Notes: generated by a model from the letters alone, not told the origin. Shown: positions 8,669-17,690, numbered from the stretch's first letter. The stretch is DNA of 42,753 nucleotides from an uncultured delta proteobacterium (GCA_963843145.1 CAWJJC010000009.1:1-42753); one strand, 5' to 3'. Made by a program: numbers and translations.

Positions 8669-9382
8669 CTATGAGGCTGAAATCGCTTTTCTTTTCCTGG
8701 CGACGCTCTTAATCAATTTACCGGCCAAATTTACTGCTTTTTCTGCTTCTTCCCGTGTCGGGGATCCCAGGGGCAGCAGGCCTGCTTCCGCAGGATAGCG
8801 GCCCCGGTAAATACTGTCGACGAACACGATTTCATCTTCAGAAATGGGAAATTTTACGCGAAGGTCTTTCCCAATCGCGGCCAGGCGGGCCGCGCTATGG
8901 GTCTTTTCCAGGTCCCACCCCTTCTTAAAAAGGCCCGCCTTCATGGCCTTTTCCACTGATTGTTGCGCATGATAGCACGCGCCTTTGAAATACCCGCCTT
9001 GCAAAAGATAAACGGCCATATCCAGCTCGTCCCTGGCCTGTTTTACCCATTCTTCTACAATATCCTTCATAAAGAGCATCCTCCCCTCACTCGATATGAG
9101 GTGCAAAAAGGGGCTTCCCTTTTTTTGATATTCCCGCCATTTCGACAAAGACACGACGAAGGGGTCGATGGAGAACTTTTTGTAAAAAGGTTTAAGCGAA
9201 TTCTGAACTAGAGATCCGGCATCCTCAATATTTCTCTCCCGATCATCGATTAAAATAAATAAATCCAGATCATTCCCCGACCCTTCCCGGGCTACGGATC
9301 CGAAAAGAACAATGGAACAGGGATCGACAGCCTTCCTAATCGATGTGGCCGCCTTCTTTGCATCTGCGTAAGTTACTATCAT
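8669..9382 (-). CDS. Fused minimal nucleotidyltransferase (MNT) - HEPN domain protein
   Basis: N-half LFGSVAREGSGNDLDL; C-half W..QARDEL..A..L...GACYHAQQSVEKAMKA...KTH...RYP. Confidence 0.88.
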   Translation of the reverse strand: MIVTYADAKKAATSIRKAVDPCSIVLFGSVAREGSGNDLDLFILIDDRERNIEDAGSLVQNSLKPFYKKFSIDPFVVSLSKWREYQKKGSPFLHLISSEGRMLFMKDIVEEWVKQARDELDMAVYLLQGGYFKGACYHAQQSVEKAMKAGLFKKGWDLEKTHSAARLAAIGKDLRVKFPISEDEIVFVDSIYRGRYPAEAGLLPLGSPTREEAEKAVNLAGKLIKSVARKRKAISAS

Positions 9383-9852
9383 TTTTCCATTGTTGTCCGG
9401 GCATAATGCTGCGCAAGCTGCGCAGCATAAGCCAGAACCTTGGGGACCACAGCTAGCAGTATTGGCGTAAGTAACGACACAGAACGATAAATTTCCGATA
9501 GCCGATCCGCCGCATATTCATGGGCGATCAGATTTCTGAGCTCACGAATATGGACCAGATCACCGGCCGATTCAACCCAACCGCGTTTTTCCGCCCGTTG
9601 GATACGATCCAGTAATGTGCCATCCGGGGTCAGCTCCAGTTCGTCAATCAGGCGCATAATTTTCTGGGTCAATAGGTCGGAGAGGCGTGCGAAACGGCTG
9701 CTAAGGGACTCCAGACGCTCTAATTCTTCCGATGTCCAATTTTCACGCCGGATGATGGCTAAAGTCCGGTTATATGAAAGGGCCAGATGAGAGGCGGCCT
9801 GCTCCAGATGCGCCAACCCTTCCCGCAGCAGGAGGAGCTTGTCCGTGTTCAT
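9379..9852 (-). CDS. HEPN-family putative RNase toxin
   Basis: RFARL.D and RELRNLIAHEY (R-x4-H) motifs; coupled to the upstream MNT. Confidence 0.85.
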   Translation of the reverse strand: MNTDKLLLLREGLAHLEQAASHLALSYNRTLAIIRRENWTSEELERLESLSSRFARLSDLLTQKIMRLIDELELTPDGTLLDRIQRAEKRGWVESAGDLVHIRELRNLIAHEYAADRLSEIYRSVSLLTPILLAVVPKVLAYAAQLAQHYARTTMEK

Positions 9853-10133
9853 AGGGGCACTCCACTTTCCATGGCCAGCCGTGCAAAAGGCCTGGAAAGG
9901 TCGGGGTAGATAGCCAGGTCTATCTTTTGTTCGCCCAGTATCCGATGCAATCTGGCCAGCACAGTGAGCTTGTCCGTCAAGCAGAGTTTTTTGGAGATGA
10001 CCAATAGGTCGATATCACCGCCCCTGGCATTATCGTTGGCCCTCGATCCAAACAGGTAGATGTTCGCCTCCGGATCAACTTCCGTGATGGCTTCTCGTAT
10101 AGCCTGATGTTCGGCTTTGGTAATGCGCATCAA
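9849..10133 (-). CDS. Minimal nucleotidyltransferase antitoxin
   Basis: IYLFGSRANDNARGGDIDLL...LGEQKIDL. Confidence 0.9.
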   Translation of the reverse strand: MMRITKAEHQAIREAITEVDPEANIYLFGSRANDNARGGDIDLLVISKKLCLTDKLTVLARLHRILGEQKIDLAIYPDLSRPFARLAMESGVPL

Positions 10134-10218
10134 CCTTCCTTACCCAGAGCGTTCTGTAAAAATTGAGCGAACGAATCAAGATCCGTGCGGATCAACCGCC
10201 AGTGCCGTTTTATCTTCC

Positions 10219-10599
10219 TCATACAATCCGCCTTCCCTTTTGCTCAAGGGATTTAAGGAATCGACACCGCTCCCCCTCGATGAGGTCGACCGTTCGGTTC
10301 AACAGGCCCTCCATCTCGGTTACGGTTTTGAGATAGTCCCCGCCCAATCCCTCAACGAGCACATCTATATCTGAGAAGGGATAAAATCTCCCCTTCTCAA
10401 GAAGGGAGCCTATCAAGAATGCACGGCGGAGCTTCTTTTTTTTGAAATAATCGGTCAACAGAGTTCCAACCCGGCTTAAGGTGGCCAATCGGTCTTTTTC
10501 CCTTTCGGCACATTCCCGACGAATCGATTCTTCCCAAAGAGAAAGATCAAAGTCCTCCGATTGCACGGAAGTCCTGGAATGCTTTCGGGTTTTAATCAT
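10219..10599 (-). CDS. Minimal nucleotidyltransferase (orphan)
   Basis: FLIGSLLEKGRFYPFSDIDVLVEG...VDLI. The likely ATG at 10599 overlaps the DUF86 stop. Confidence 0.85.
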   Translation of the reverse strand: MIKTRKHSRTSVQSEDFDLSLWEESIRRECAEREKDRLATLSRVGTLLTDYFKKKKLRRAFLIGSLLEKGRFYPFSDIDVLVEGLGGDYLKTVTEMEGLLNRTVDLIEGERCRFLKSLEQKGRRIV

Positions 10600-11029
10600 G
10601 GGTTGAAGGCTTTTCGCCGATATAAGTAGTAATACTTTCGGCAAAGGCTAAAAAATCCCTCAGGTTGCGCTGGAAGACCGCGAAAACGACGGCATCATCG
10701 ATCTTTTCATAGTAATGGACGATCAAATTTCGAAAGGCCGCCATCTGTTCCAACCGAGGAAGCAGATCGGCTGAAATGATTCTTTCTTCGGCCAGGACAA
10801 CGAAGGCGTCTCGATAGGTGGAGGGCTCCCGAAACCCCTCGTCGGAGATGATATGTTGGGCAACGTCGATACAAGCTTCGATCATTACGTGAAGGGTCCG
10901 TTCCACAAAGCGGCGGGTCCGGACATCGCTTCGATACACCTCCCAGGTGATGTCCTTGGCCTTTTCTAAATCGCGGACGTTGGCGCGTATATCTCCCAGT
11001 ACCTTTTCCAACAGCAGGCGATCTACCAT
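10592..11029 (-). CDS. hepT: DUF86/HepT-like HEPN RNase toxin
   Basis: VERTLHVMIEACIDVA, P.TYRDAF and FRNLIVHYYEKID motifs. Confidence 0.9.
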   Translation of the reverse strand: MVDRLLLEKVLGDIRANVRDLEKAKDITWEVYRSDVRTRRFVERTLHVMIEACIDVAQHIISDEGFREPSTYRDAFVVLAEERIISADLLPRLEQMAAFRNLIVHYYEKIDDAVVFAVFQRNLRDFLAFAESITTYIGEKPSTHD

Positions 11030-11042
11030 AGATTATTCTCTT

Positions 11043-11450
11043 TTAGGCCGGACGTGGAAATGTTCGGCTGAGATGTCGACGGTGAAGATAAAGAAAATCT
11101 TCATAGGATTTTCTACCCCAGATCTCAAATTGTTTCCTGAGACGGGGATCCCGGTCGTAGAGCAGACGTCCGTACCGGCGGACCTGGTATTTTAATAGTT
11201 CGCCGGCCCGATTGAGGATGACCAAGTCGACTCTCAGCCCCAAGGCCTTTTCCAGGGAGACCGCCAATTCCAGGACGGGAAAATCGTCTTCCCTACCGGG
11301 CTGGAGGAGTACTGCCAGATCCAGATCGCTCTTCGGTTTCGCTTTTCCCGTGCTTTGGGAGCCGAAGAGGTAGACCGACAGAATGGCCGGGTAAGAAAGG
11401 GCCCGGCGCCGAACGACTTCGGTCAATCCTTCCGGAGCAATTGAGTTCAT
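11043..11450 (-). CDS. mntA: MntA-like adenylyltransferase antitoxin (type VII TA)
   Basis: YLFGS-x10-DLDLAVL (GSX10DXD) and VDLVILN.A; directly upstream of the HepT-like gene. Confidence 0.88.
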   Translation of the reverse strand: MNSIAPEGLTEVVRRRALSYPAILSVYLFGSQSTGKAKPKSDLDLAVLLQPGREDDFPVLELAVSLEKALGLRVDLVILNRAGELLKYQVRRYGRLLYDRDPRLRKQFEIWGRKSYEDFLYLHRRHLSRTFPRPA

Positions 11451-11454
11451 GGTT

Positions 11455-11985
11455 TTACCATTCAATGTCGAGTTCTCGCTTCCATCTTTCCAGATAGGCC
11501 CGGTCAAGCTTGTCGGCGAAAAAATCGACTATATTGGAAATATCCACCCGATCCTGGGGGCGGTTGGCAAGGGCTTTGAGTAGGAGCAGATCCTCGGGGC
11601 TGAGGATGGGTAGAGAAATCCCCTCCAGATCAATCTGTTTTTTTCGGGAAAGAGCTTCCTGGTGAAAGCGGGTTTCCCCCAGGATGAAGTCCATAATATA
11701 TTCGATGTCTCCGTCGATCCCAAGAGTCCGAAATACCCGGGCATTTTTGAACTGCATGGGTTCCTTTTGGGAGACTATGTCGTCAAACAGCGGTTCCAGT
11801 ATTTGATTAATTTCGGTGAGCGTATCAGGATGAGCCATGATCAGACAATCGAAGTCGATCGTCGCCCGGGGGGAGACCAGAATACTGTAGGCCATTCCGC
11901 CGCATACGGCGAAATCGACCCGACTGGTATCCAGGGCCTGGACCACTTTCTTAAAAGAGGTCATGAGGAAGGAGGAGTAATCCAT
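11455..11985 (-). CDS. Nucleotidyltransferase (DUF6036/AbiEii-like fold)
   Basis: FAVCGGMA...PRATIDFD and SPEDLLLLKALANRPQDRVDI motifs. Confidence 0.82.
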   Translation of the reverse strand: MDYSSFLMTSFKKVVQALDTSRVDFAVCGGMAYSILVSPRATIDFDCLIMAHPDTLTEINQILEPLFDDIVSQKEPMQFKNARVFRTLGIDGDIEYIMDFILGETRFHQEALSRKKQIDLEGISLPILSPEDLLLLKALANRPQDRVDISNIVDFFADKLDRAYLERWKRELDIEW

Positions 11986-12155
11986 CTTTTTTCTTTGATT
12001 TTGCGAAGTTCAAAAAAAAGTTGTTTCTGGGGATTGGCGACTGGAGATTGTCCTTGAAGGTAGCGTTCTTTGAGGCTTAAACAAAGCCCTGTAATTTCCG
12101 CCCAAGACTTCAAGTTTCGAATAAACCGCTGGTCTTTTTCAAAAGCAGAATTCAT
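11961..12155 (-). CDS. Small protein coupled to the nucleotidyltransferase (putative TA partner)
   Basis: 64-aa ORF overlapping the start of the downstream gene. Confidence 0.6.
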   Translation of the reverse strand: MNSAFEKDQRFIRNLKSWAEITGLCLSLKERYLQGQSPVANPQKQLFFELRKIKEKRWITPPSS

Positions 12156-12177
12156 TGCTTAGTCGGCCATTGAGACC

Positions 12178-12738
12178 TTATTGCCACCAGAGTTGGGAAA
12201 GGTGGATTTCGATCTCCGGAAAGGGTTCGGCCCGAACCTGGTCGTCGTCGGCATGGGTGGATAGGAGCGACCATCGGCCTGATTCCAATCGAAACACTTC
12301 AAGCGTCCGGGCAATAGGGTCCAACAGCCACAGGAAAGGGACCGCATATTGAGCGTAGAGAGGCATCTTTTTGATTCGATCTGTCCGAAAAGTCGCCGGA
12401 GAGAGAACTTCGCAAATCCAATCCGGAGTTGTGGCAATAAAGTTGGTGTCCGGGGGGGTGGTTAGCCTCTCTTTTTTCCAGCCGGCCAAGTCAGGAACCA
12501 GGATGTGTTCGCCGAGAGCGATTTCCGGTTCAAACAGAAATATCCAGCCTCCAGGGCCTCCTTCCCCGAACCGATACGGCGAGCCGATCCGAACATCCAG
12601 AACCGATACTGCGTGGCTATGTCTCGGCGAAGGTCTGGGAGAAACAACTAATTCCCCGGCAATGATTTCTCCGATCATATTTTCCGGAATTTCGAGGAGA
12701 TCTTCATAAACCGCTTCTTTTTTTGCCGTCTCCGCCAT
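12178..12738 (-). CDS. Uma2 family (DUF820) PD-(D/E)XK endonuclease
   Basis: EIIAGEL..SPRP..RH, LVPDLAGW, PDWICEVLSP.T...D...K..LY motifs. Confidence 0.93.
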   Translation of the reverse strand: MAETAKKEAVYEDLLEIPENMIGEIIAGELVVSPRPSPRHSHAVSVLDVRIGSPYRFGEGGPGGWIFLFEPEIALGEHILVPDLAGWKKERLTTPPDTNFIATTPDWICEVLSPATFRTDRIKKMPLYAQYAVPFLWLLDPIARTLEVFRLESGRWSLLSTHADDDQVRAEPFPEIEIHLSQLWWQ

Positions 12739-12845
12739 GCATTATCTCCAGTTGGGCCTTCGCCACTCGACTATTGGTTCCCAGAGAGGAACTCCCAGGC
12801 CCGGGGCGGGCACCCCGAAGCCGGTATATGACCTTGGCCAAGATT

Positions 12846-12933
12846 CGTCATTCCGGACAAGCGAAGCGTGATCCGGAATCCAGCCTCGGATAAGCTTCGG
12901 ATATCCTGGATACCGGATCGAGTCCGGTATGAC
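12846..12933. repeat. Palindromic REP-like element (gtcattccgg...gatccggaatccag...ctggat.ccgg...ccgg.atgac)
   Basis: Nested inverted repeats; near-identical copy at 31333-31421 and a half copy at 25918-25963. Confidence 0.85.
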
Positions 12934-12992
12934 TACTCAGGGAAAAGGCTGAAAAGCGGTGGTCGATTCTATTTTCGTATTAAACCAGAGGG

Positions 12993-14311
12993 TCATGAAG
13001 CGCTATGGTCCGCGGGGTCATTCTGAATCTCAGCGTTTTCAGGTTGAGGAGCCGAAGAGCCATTTTCCTTAATGAAGGATTTATTATTTTTCCACCATTC
13101 GATAATGAAGGCCAAAAATACAAAAATAAAGAAGGCCAGAATGGTAGTGATAATAACAATCAATGCTTTCTTCGGTTTAACGGGCTTCAAAGGGAGGTTG
13201 GGTTCAGAAACGAAGCGATACGATTCATAAAAGGTATAACGAATTATTTCCATATCATTGAGCAGGGCATTGTATACTTCCCGGTTGGTGTCTTTGTTTA
13301 AGTCCAGGTTTTTGAAAAACTGATTTTGGAGTTCGACCAGGTTGTTGTAAACCAAATCCCCATTTTCGTCTTTCCCAAAAAATTTGCGGGCATCATTAAA
13401 GAAGTTGTAATTAATCCGGCAAATCTCTTTGTTTCGCAGCTCCTTGGCAGATTTCTCCATAAGATCGGCCACCTGTGACTCCACGCCCACCACCTGCGTG
13501 GCCGGAGACAAATAATTGTAGCCCCCTTCCCCAACAGAAACTACCTGGCGGTTTTCGGCCGAGCCGCCTGACGGATAACGCTTTAGAATAGTTCTGATGC
13601 GGTCCGCTTTTAACGAGAGTTGGTCCAGATTGAATTTGGTGGTTAGGTTGTCGTTTTCAAACTTACGGATATCATTGGCGAAAATGGTATAATTGCCGTT
13701 TATGTAATCATAGAGGAGGTTATACATGATCGTATTCCTGAGAAAAACCCCCAGAATGATTACTAAGTGCCCGGGCTTTCTCCGGACCTTTTGCTTCCCA
13801 GTTCAACTGGACCCCGATCACATAATTCTGCATGTCGGGAGGGAGGCCGGCCAGCACTTTTAAGTCTTCCTTGGCATAGGCATACGCCGGGGAAATGAGC
13901 TTGTTAAGATCCTCGGAAGATTGGATGGATTTGGAAACCATGGATAGATCTTCCTGATTTAATAGTCCCTTTCCGCTTAATGAAATTTTGAAAAAGCAAG
14001 GGGTTGGTGAAACGCTTTTGGTATTTTTTAAAATCGGGAATCGCCATTGTGGAGATCCGAAGGGTCCGGTCTTTATCTTTATCTTTATCTTTATCCTTAT
14101 CCCTTTCCGAAACGATACGCTGGCCGGTAAAGGCATAAAATCCTTCACTTCGATAGATCCGGGGAAGCACCAGGGCAATGAGTAGGGACAAAACGGCCGC
14201 CAACAGGGTGCCGTAAAGAATAAATTTTCTCCTTCGGTAAAGAATTTGAAAGATAGGGGCCAGGTTGATTTCGTCCTCGTAAAGGGGTCTGGGGTCTTGT
14301 TCGGGGTTCAT
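12993..14311 (-). pseudogene. wzz: Wzz/FepE-type polysaccharide chain-length regulator with two frameshifts (about 13965 and 13765)
   Basis: N-terminal YEDEINL..IF..L.RRRKFI plus TM helix and LPRIYRSE; C-terminal P.LP.KPVKPKKALIV plus TM helix. Three overlapping frames join into one gene. Confidence 0.85.
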
Positions 14312-15420
14312 GGGGTTGAGATTCCTTTTCCTTGATTTTGGTACCAGGTGTACGTGGAGGATATCCCCTCCCTGAGATTGATTTTATACTTCCATCCCAT
14401 CCGCTGAAGTCGCTGGACATTAAGGAGCTTTTGGGGGGTCCCATCCGGTTTGGTGTCGTCGAACACCAGCGTGGCTTCAGGATAGACTACCTCCCGCACT
14501 ATTTCGGCCAGTTCCCGGATGGTACAGTCTTCTCCAGCGCCGATGTTGATATGGGGGGCATCGGAGTAATGTTCCATTAAATAGAGACAAGCTTCCGCCA
14601 GGTCATCCACAAAGAGAAATTCCCGGCGGGGTGAACCGGAGCCCCAAATGGTTACGGATCGTGAGGAGGCCAGGCGTGAGGAGGGAGGGGGATTATTTGG
14701 GATTTGGGATTTCGGATTTCCGATTTCCGATTTAATACGGGGGATGCCCAGGGAGCCTTTTAATTCCGGGGGGATGGGGCCAAACAGGGATTCATCTCGA
14801 TCAAGGCCTTCCAGGTCTTCTTGCTCGGCGAGTTTGGCCAGATGAAATTTTCGGATCAAGGCCGGGAGGACGTGGGAACTCAGTAAATCAAAATTATCGT
14901 GGGGACCGTAAAGATTGGTGGGCATGGCGGAAATGAAGTTGGAGCCGTACTGCTTCCGATAGGCCTGGCAGAGTTTGATCCCGGCAATCTTGGCAATGGC
15001 ATAAGGTTCATTGGTGGGCTCCAATAGACCGGTCAGAAGATATTCCTCGACCATGGGTTGAGGGCATTCGCGGGGATAGATGCAGGAACTGCCCAGGTAA
15101 AGGAGTTTTTCGGTCTGGAAGACGTGGGCGGCATGAACCACGGTGGCATGGATCATCAGGTTGTCGTAGATGAATTCGGCGGGTCGGGTGGCGTTAGCCC
15201 AGATACCCCCCACGGTCCCGGCCACCAGAAAAACGTACTCGGGCCGGTTGGCTCGGAACCAGTAATTAACCGCGGCCTGATCACGCAGGTCAAGCTGTTC
15301 GCGGGTGGCGGTCAGTAGGTTGGCATAACCCTCCTGCCGCAAACGGCGGAGGATGGACGCGCCCACCAGACCCCGGTGGCCGGCTACAAAAATTCGGGCG
15401 TCTTTAGGAAGTTCAGGCAT
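14308..15420 (-). CDS. fcl: GDP-L-fucose synthase with internal insertion
   Basis: [65 protein letters not shown] motifs. Confidence 0.96.
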   Translation of the reverse strand: MPELPKDARIFVAGHRGLVGASILRRLRQEGYANLLTATREQLDLRDQAAVNYWFRANRPEYVFLVAGTVGGIWANATRPAEFIYDNLMIHATVVHAAHVFQTEKLLYLGSSCIYPRECPQPMVEEYLLTGLLEPTNEPYAIAKIAGIKLCQAYRKQYGSNFISAMPTNLYGPHDNFDLLSSHVLPALIRKFHLAKLAEQEDLEGLDRDESLFGPIPPELKGSLGIPRIKSEIGNPKSQIPNNPPPSSRLASSRSVTIWGSGSPRREFLFVDDLAEACLYLMEHYSDAPHINIGAGEDCTIRELAEIVREVVYPEATLVFDDTKPDGTPQKLLNVQRLQRMGWKYKINLREGISSTYTWYQNQGKGISTP

Positions 15421-15480
15421 GGACTTTTCCGGTTTTTTGATTTCTTTCTAAACCTTGGAACCACGTGATCTTTAAATCCA

Positions 15481-15703
15481 AAATTCGAAGCACGAAATCG
15501 ACCCGGCTGAGCTCGTCGCAGGCCGAAACAAGCACGAAGGTTCAAAATCCAAATGACCGAAACAGACTCCCCTCCTTGCTCGGGAGGGCGGGAAAATTGG
15601 ATTCCTCCACCTTGGCGGATCGCTGCGGTTGGCGGGGTGTCTTGAATTTCGAATTTTGGTCATTTGAATTTGTTTCGGATTTCGGATTTTCGAGTTTCGA
15701 ATT
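15481..15703. repeat. Intergenic element with two opposed heptamer-repeat arms (aaattcg/aaatccg type)
   Basis: Plus arm aaattcgaagcacgaaatc...caaatgaccgaaac (15481-15563); minus arm aaattcgaaactcgaaaatccgaaatccgaaacaaattcaaatgaccaaaattcgaaattc (15703-15644). Confidence 0.75.
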
Positions 15704-15736
15704 TAAGCCAAAAAATTTAAATATTTTTGGCTAGAA

Positions 15737-16816
15737 CTAAAGGACATCGGCGAAGCCGGATCGGGTTTTCATAAACCACATATATCCGCAGACAAAAACC
15801 AGGACAGCGCCGGCTGTTTGGAGGAACCAGAACCCGAAGTCGGGCCACTGATTCCAGACCAGCACCTGGCGGAAGCCCTCCAGTATCCCGGTCAACGGAT
15901 TCAAATTGATGAATATTCGGAATCTTTCCGGGACGGCCTCAATGGGATAAAATATCGGGGAGAGGAAAAACAGGACCTGGACCACAAGCCCGATGGCATA
16001 ACCGATGTCTCGGAGATAAACGCCTAAGGAGGACAAAAACCAGGCCAGGCCCAGGGAAAAACCGGCCAGTGGGACAATAAATAAGGGCAGGAGAAATACC
16101 TTGGCCGAGAAGGTACCCAGCAAAAATATCTCACCGGCTATCAGGATGGCCACGCTAATCAGCCCTTGAAAAAGTGCGGCCCCCAAAACGCTCACCGGCA
16201 GGATTTCCAGGGGGAAAATTACCTTTTTGACATAATTGGGGTTGGAAACAATCAAGGAAGGGGCGCGGGTTATGGTCTCTGAAAAAATGGTAAAGGCGAT
16301 CAATCCGGCAAACAGGGTCAGGGCAAACTCCCCCTGGTTGATCTCTCCGCCGCCCAACCACTTCACTTTAAAAACCAATGAAAAAATAAAAGTATAAATA
16401 CCTAGTAATAACAATGGGATAATTACTGGCCAAATCATCCCCAGGTAAGAGCCTTTGTAACGTCCCTCAATCTCCCGCCGAGTGAACTGACTTAACAGAT
16501 CCCAGTGGCGATAGAGGCTGTAGAGAGGGCCAAAAGGGTTCAGGAAGCGGTACCAGGAAATGGAAACCAGGTTTAACCGAACTCCGGAGGCCAGGTAAAG
16601 TCGATGAGCGTCTCGGCCGGCCCAGCGGATGATTAGGACAAGGCCGAAATAGATGGAGGCCAACCCCAAAAGCAGTGCCCCTTTGCTCCAGAGGGCTAAA
16701 GAACCTATAGGTTGCCCCCCCAGGGGAAACGAGCGCCCCTGGAGGGCCCATTCCGTTATCCAGGAAGCGAAAAAAGACCCTATTAAAAACGAGCTAGTTG
16801 TATTAATTTTCTTCAA
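15737..16816 (-). CDS. wzm: ABC-2 polysaccharide transporter permease with N-terminal extension
   Basis: REIEGRYKGSYLGMIW, NYVKKVIFPLEILP, GVYLRDIG, SPIFYP, LNPL and C-terminal FADVL motifs. Confidence 0.92.
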   Translation of the reverse strand: MKKINTTSSFLIGSFFASWITEWALQGRSFPLGGQPIGSLALWSKGALLLGLASIYFGLVLIIRWAGRDAHRLYLASGVRLNLVSISWYRFLNPFGPLYSLYRHWDLLSQFTRREIEGRYKGSYLGMIWPVIIPLLLLGIYTFIFSLVFKVKWLGGGEINQGEFALTLFAGLIAFTIFSETITRAPSLIVSNPNYVKKVIFPLEILPVSVLGAALFQGLISVAILIAGEIFLLGTFSAKVFLLPLFIVPLAGFSLGLAWFLSSLGVYLRDIGYAIGLVVQVLFFLSPIFYPIEAVPERFRIFINLNPLTGILEGFRQVLVWNQWPDFGFWFLQTAGAVLVFVCGYMWFMKTRSGFADVL

Positions 16817-17279
16817 CTTTTACTTTAAAGATACAAGCCGGAGATTTCTTGCTCTTGAACCACTCCACCTCCTCTTGCGCCATATCAATCTCGAGGAAAT
16901 ACTCTCCTGGTCTTTCTGGAGGAACCACTTTGGCCACAACTTCCACCTGTTGCTGAGGTTCTAAATCATGAGGCAGGTTGGTTCGTTCAATCGGGGTACT
17001 CACCAGGTTCCCGGATAAGTCATACCAGCGATAGGCCAAGCGGATCCAGTTGCGGTCCCCCTCTTTTCCTCGCTGGGAGGGCCAATTCACCGGGCTATTA
17101 TTTTTGATCACTATCTTGGCTTTAAAAACCTGGTAGGTCTTTAAAGTGGCAGGTTGATTTTTCATGCTTAATTGGGCCTGAAAGCCTTCAGGTGGCAGGG
17201 GCCGGTCACTCGAAGTTTTGTTGCTACAGCCCGGACCGAGCATTAGAAGAAAAACAAGGGCAGGGATCAGGAACCTCAA
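16803..17279 (-). CDS. Lipoprotein with Ig-like beta-sandwich domain
   Basis: Hydrophobic signal ending in Cys (LGPGC); KNNSPVNW, RLAYRW, LPHDLEP, P..PGEY.LEIDM.QE..EWF motifs. Confidence 0.75.
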   Translation of the reverse strand: MRFLIPALVFLLMLGPGCSNKTSSDRPLPPEGFQAQLSMKNQPATLKTYQVFKAKIVIKNNSPVNWPSQRGKEGDRNWIRLAYRWYDLSGNLVSTPIERTNLPHDLEPQQQVEVVAKVVPPERPGEYFLEIDMAQEEVEWFKSKKSPACIFKVKVEEN

Positions 17280-17632
17280 ACCAGGATCCGCGGCTGGGAA
17301 AGGGACTCTGGTTGCCTGGAATTTTCGAATTCCAACTTGAGGGTCTCAATTTCTTGCTGCAGGTGTTCATATTCCTTGGATTTAAGCTGGATAAACTGGT
17401 AGGTCAATTCCAGCTTGCGCTGCATTCCTTCCGGGGTCAGATGGTACATATACGATCGCTTGTTGGCGGAGTTTTTGAAATGGACGACCTTGACCAATCC
17501 TTGATTGATCAGGGCGTTCAGCAGGTAATTGGCCTTTCCCAGGCTGAGTTTGAGCCTTTCGGCCAGCATCCTTTGGGAGAGGGAAGGGGTCTCCTCTAAA
17601 ACCCGGAGTGTTTTTAAGTAGTTTTCGTCCAT
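17276..17632 (-). CDS. EPS-associated MarR family transcriptional regulator
   Basis: LSQRMLA..L.LSLGKANY.L.ALI..GLVK...FKNS.NK..Y.Y.LTPEG..RK..LT..F...K..EYE.L; ATG at 17632. Confidence 0.9.
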   Translation of the reverse strand: MDENYLKTLRVLEETPSLSQRMLAERLKLSLGKANYLLNALINQGLVKVVHFKNSANKRSYMYHLTPEGMQRKLELTYQFIQLKSKEYEHLQQEIETLKLEFENSRQPESLSQPRILV

Positions 17633-17690
17633 TCTAACTTGAGGGATAAGGTTCTTAAATAGCAATCTGAAAAAACGAGCAGAAAAAGGG

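Noticed and set aside
15465-15734. ORFs across the wzm-fcl gap
   Set aside because: They are translations of the heptamer-repeat element (FEF/SDF/KSE periodicity), not credible proteins.
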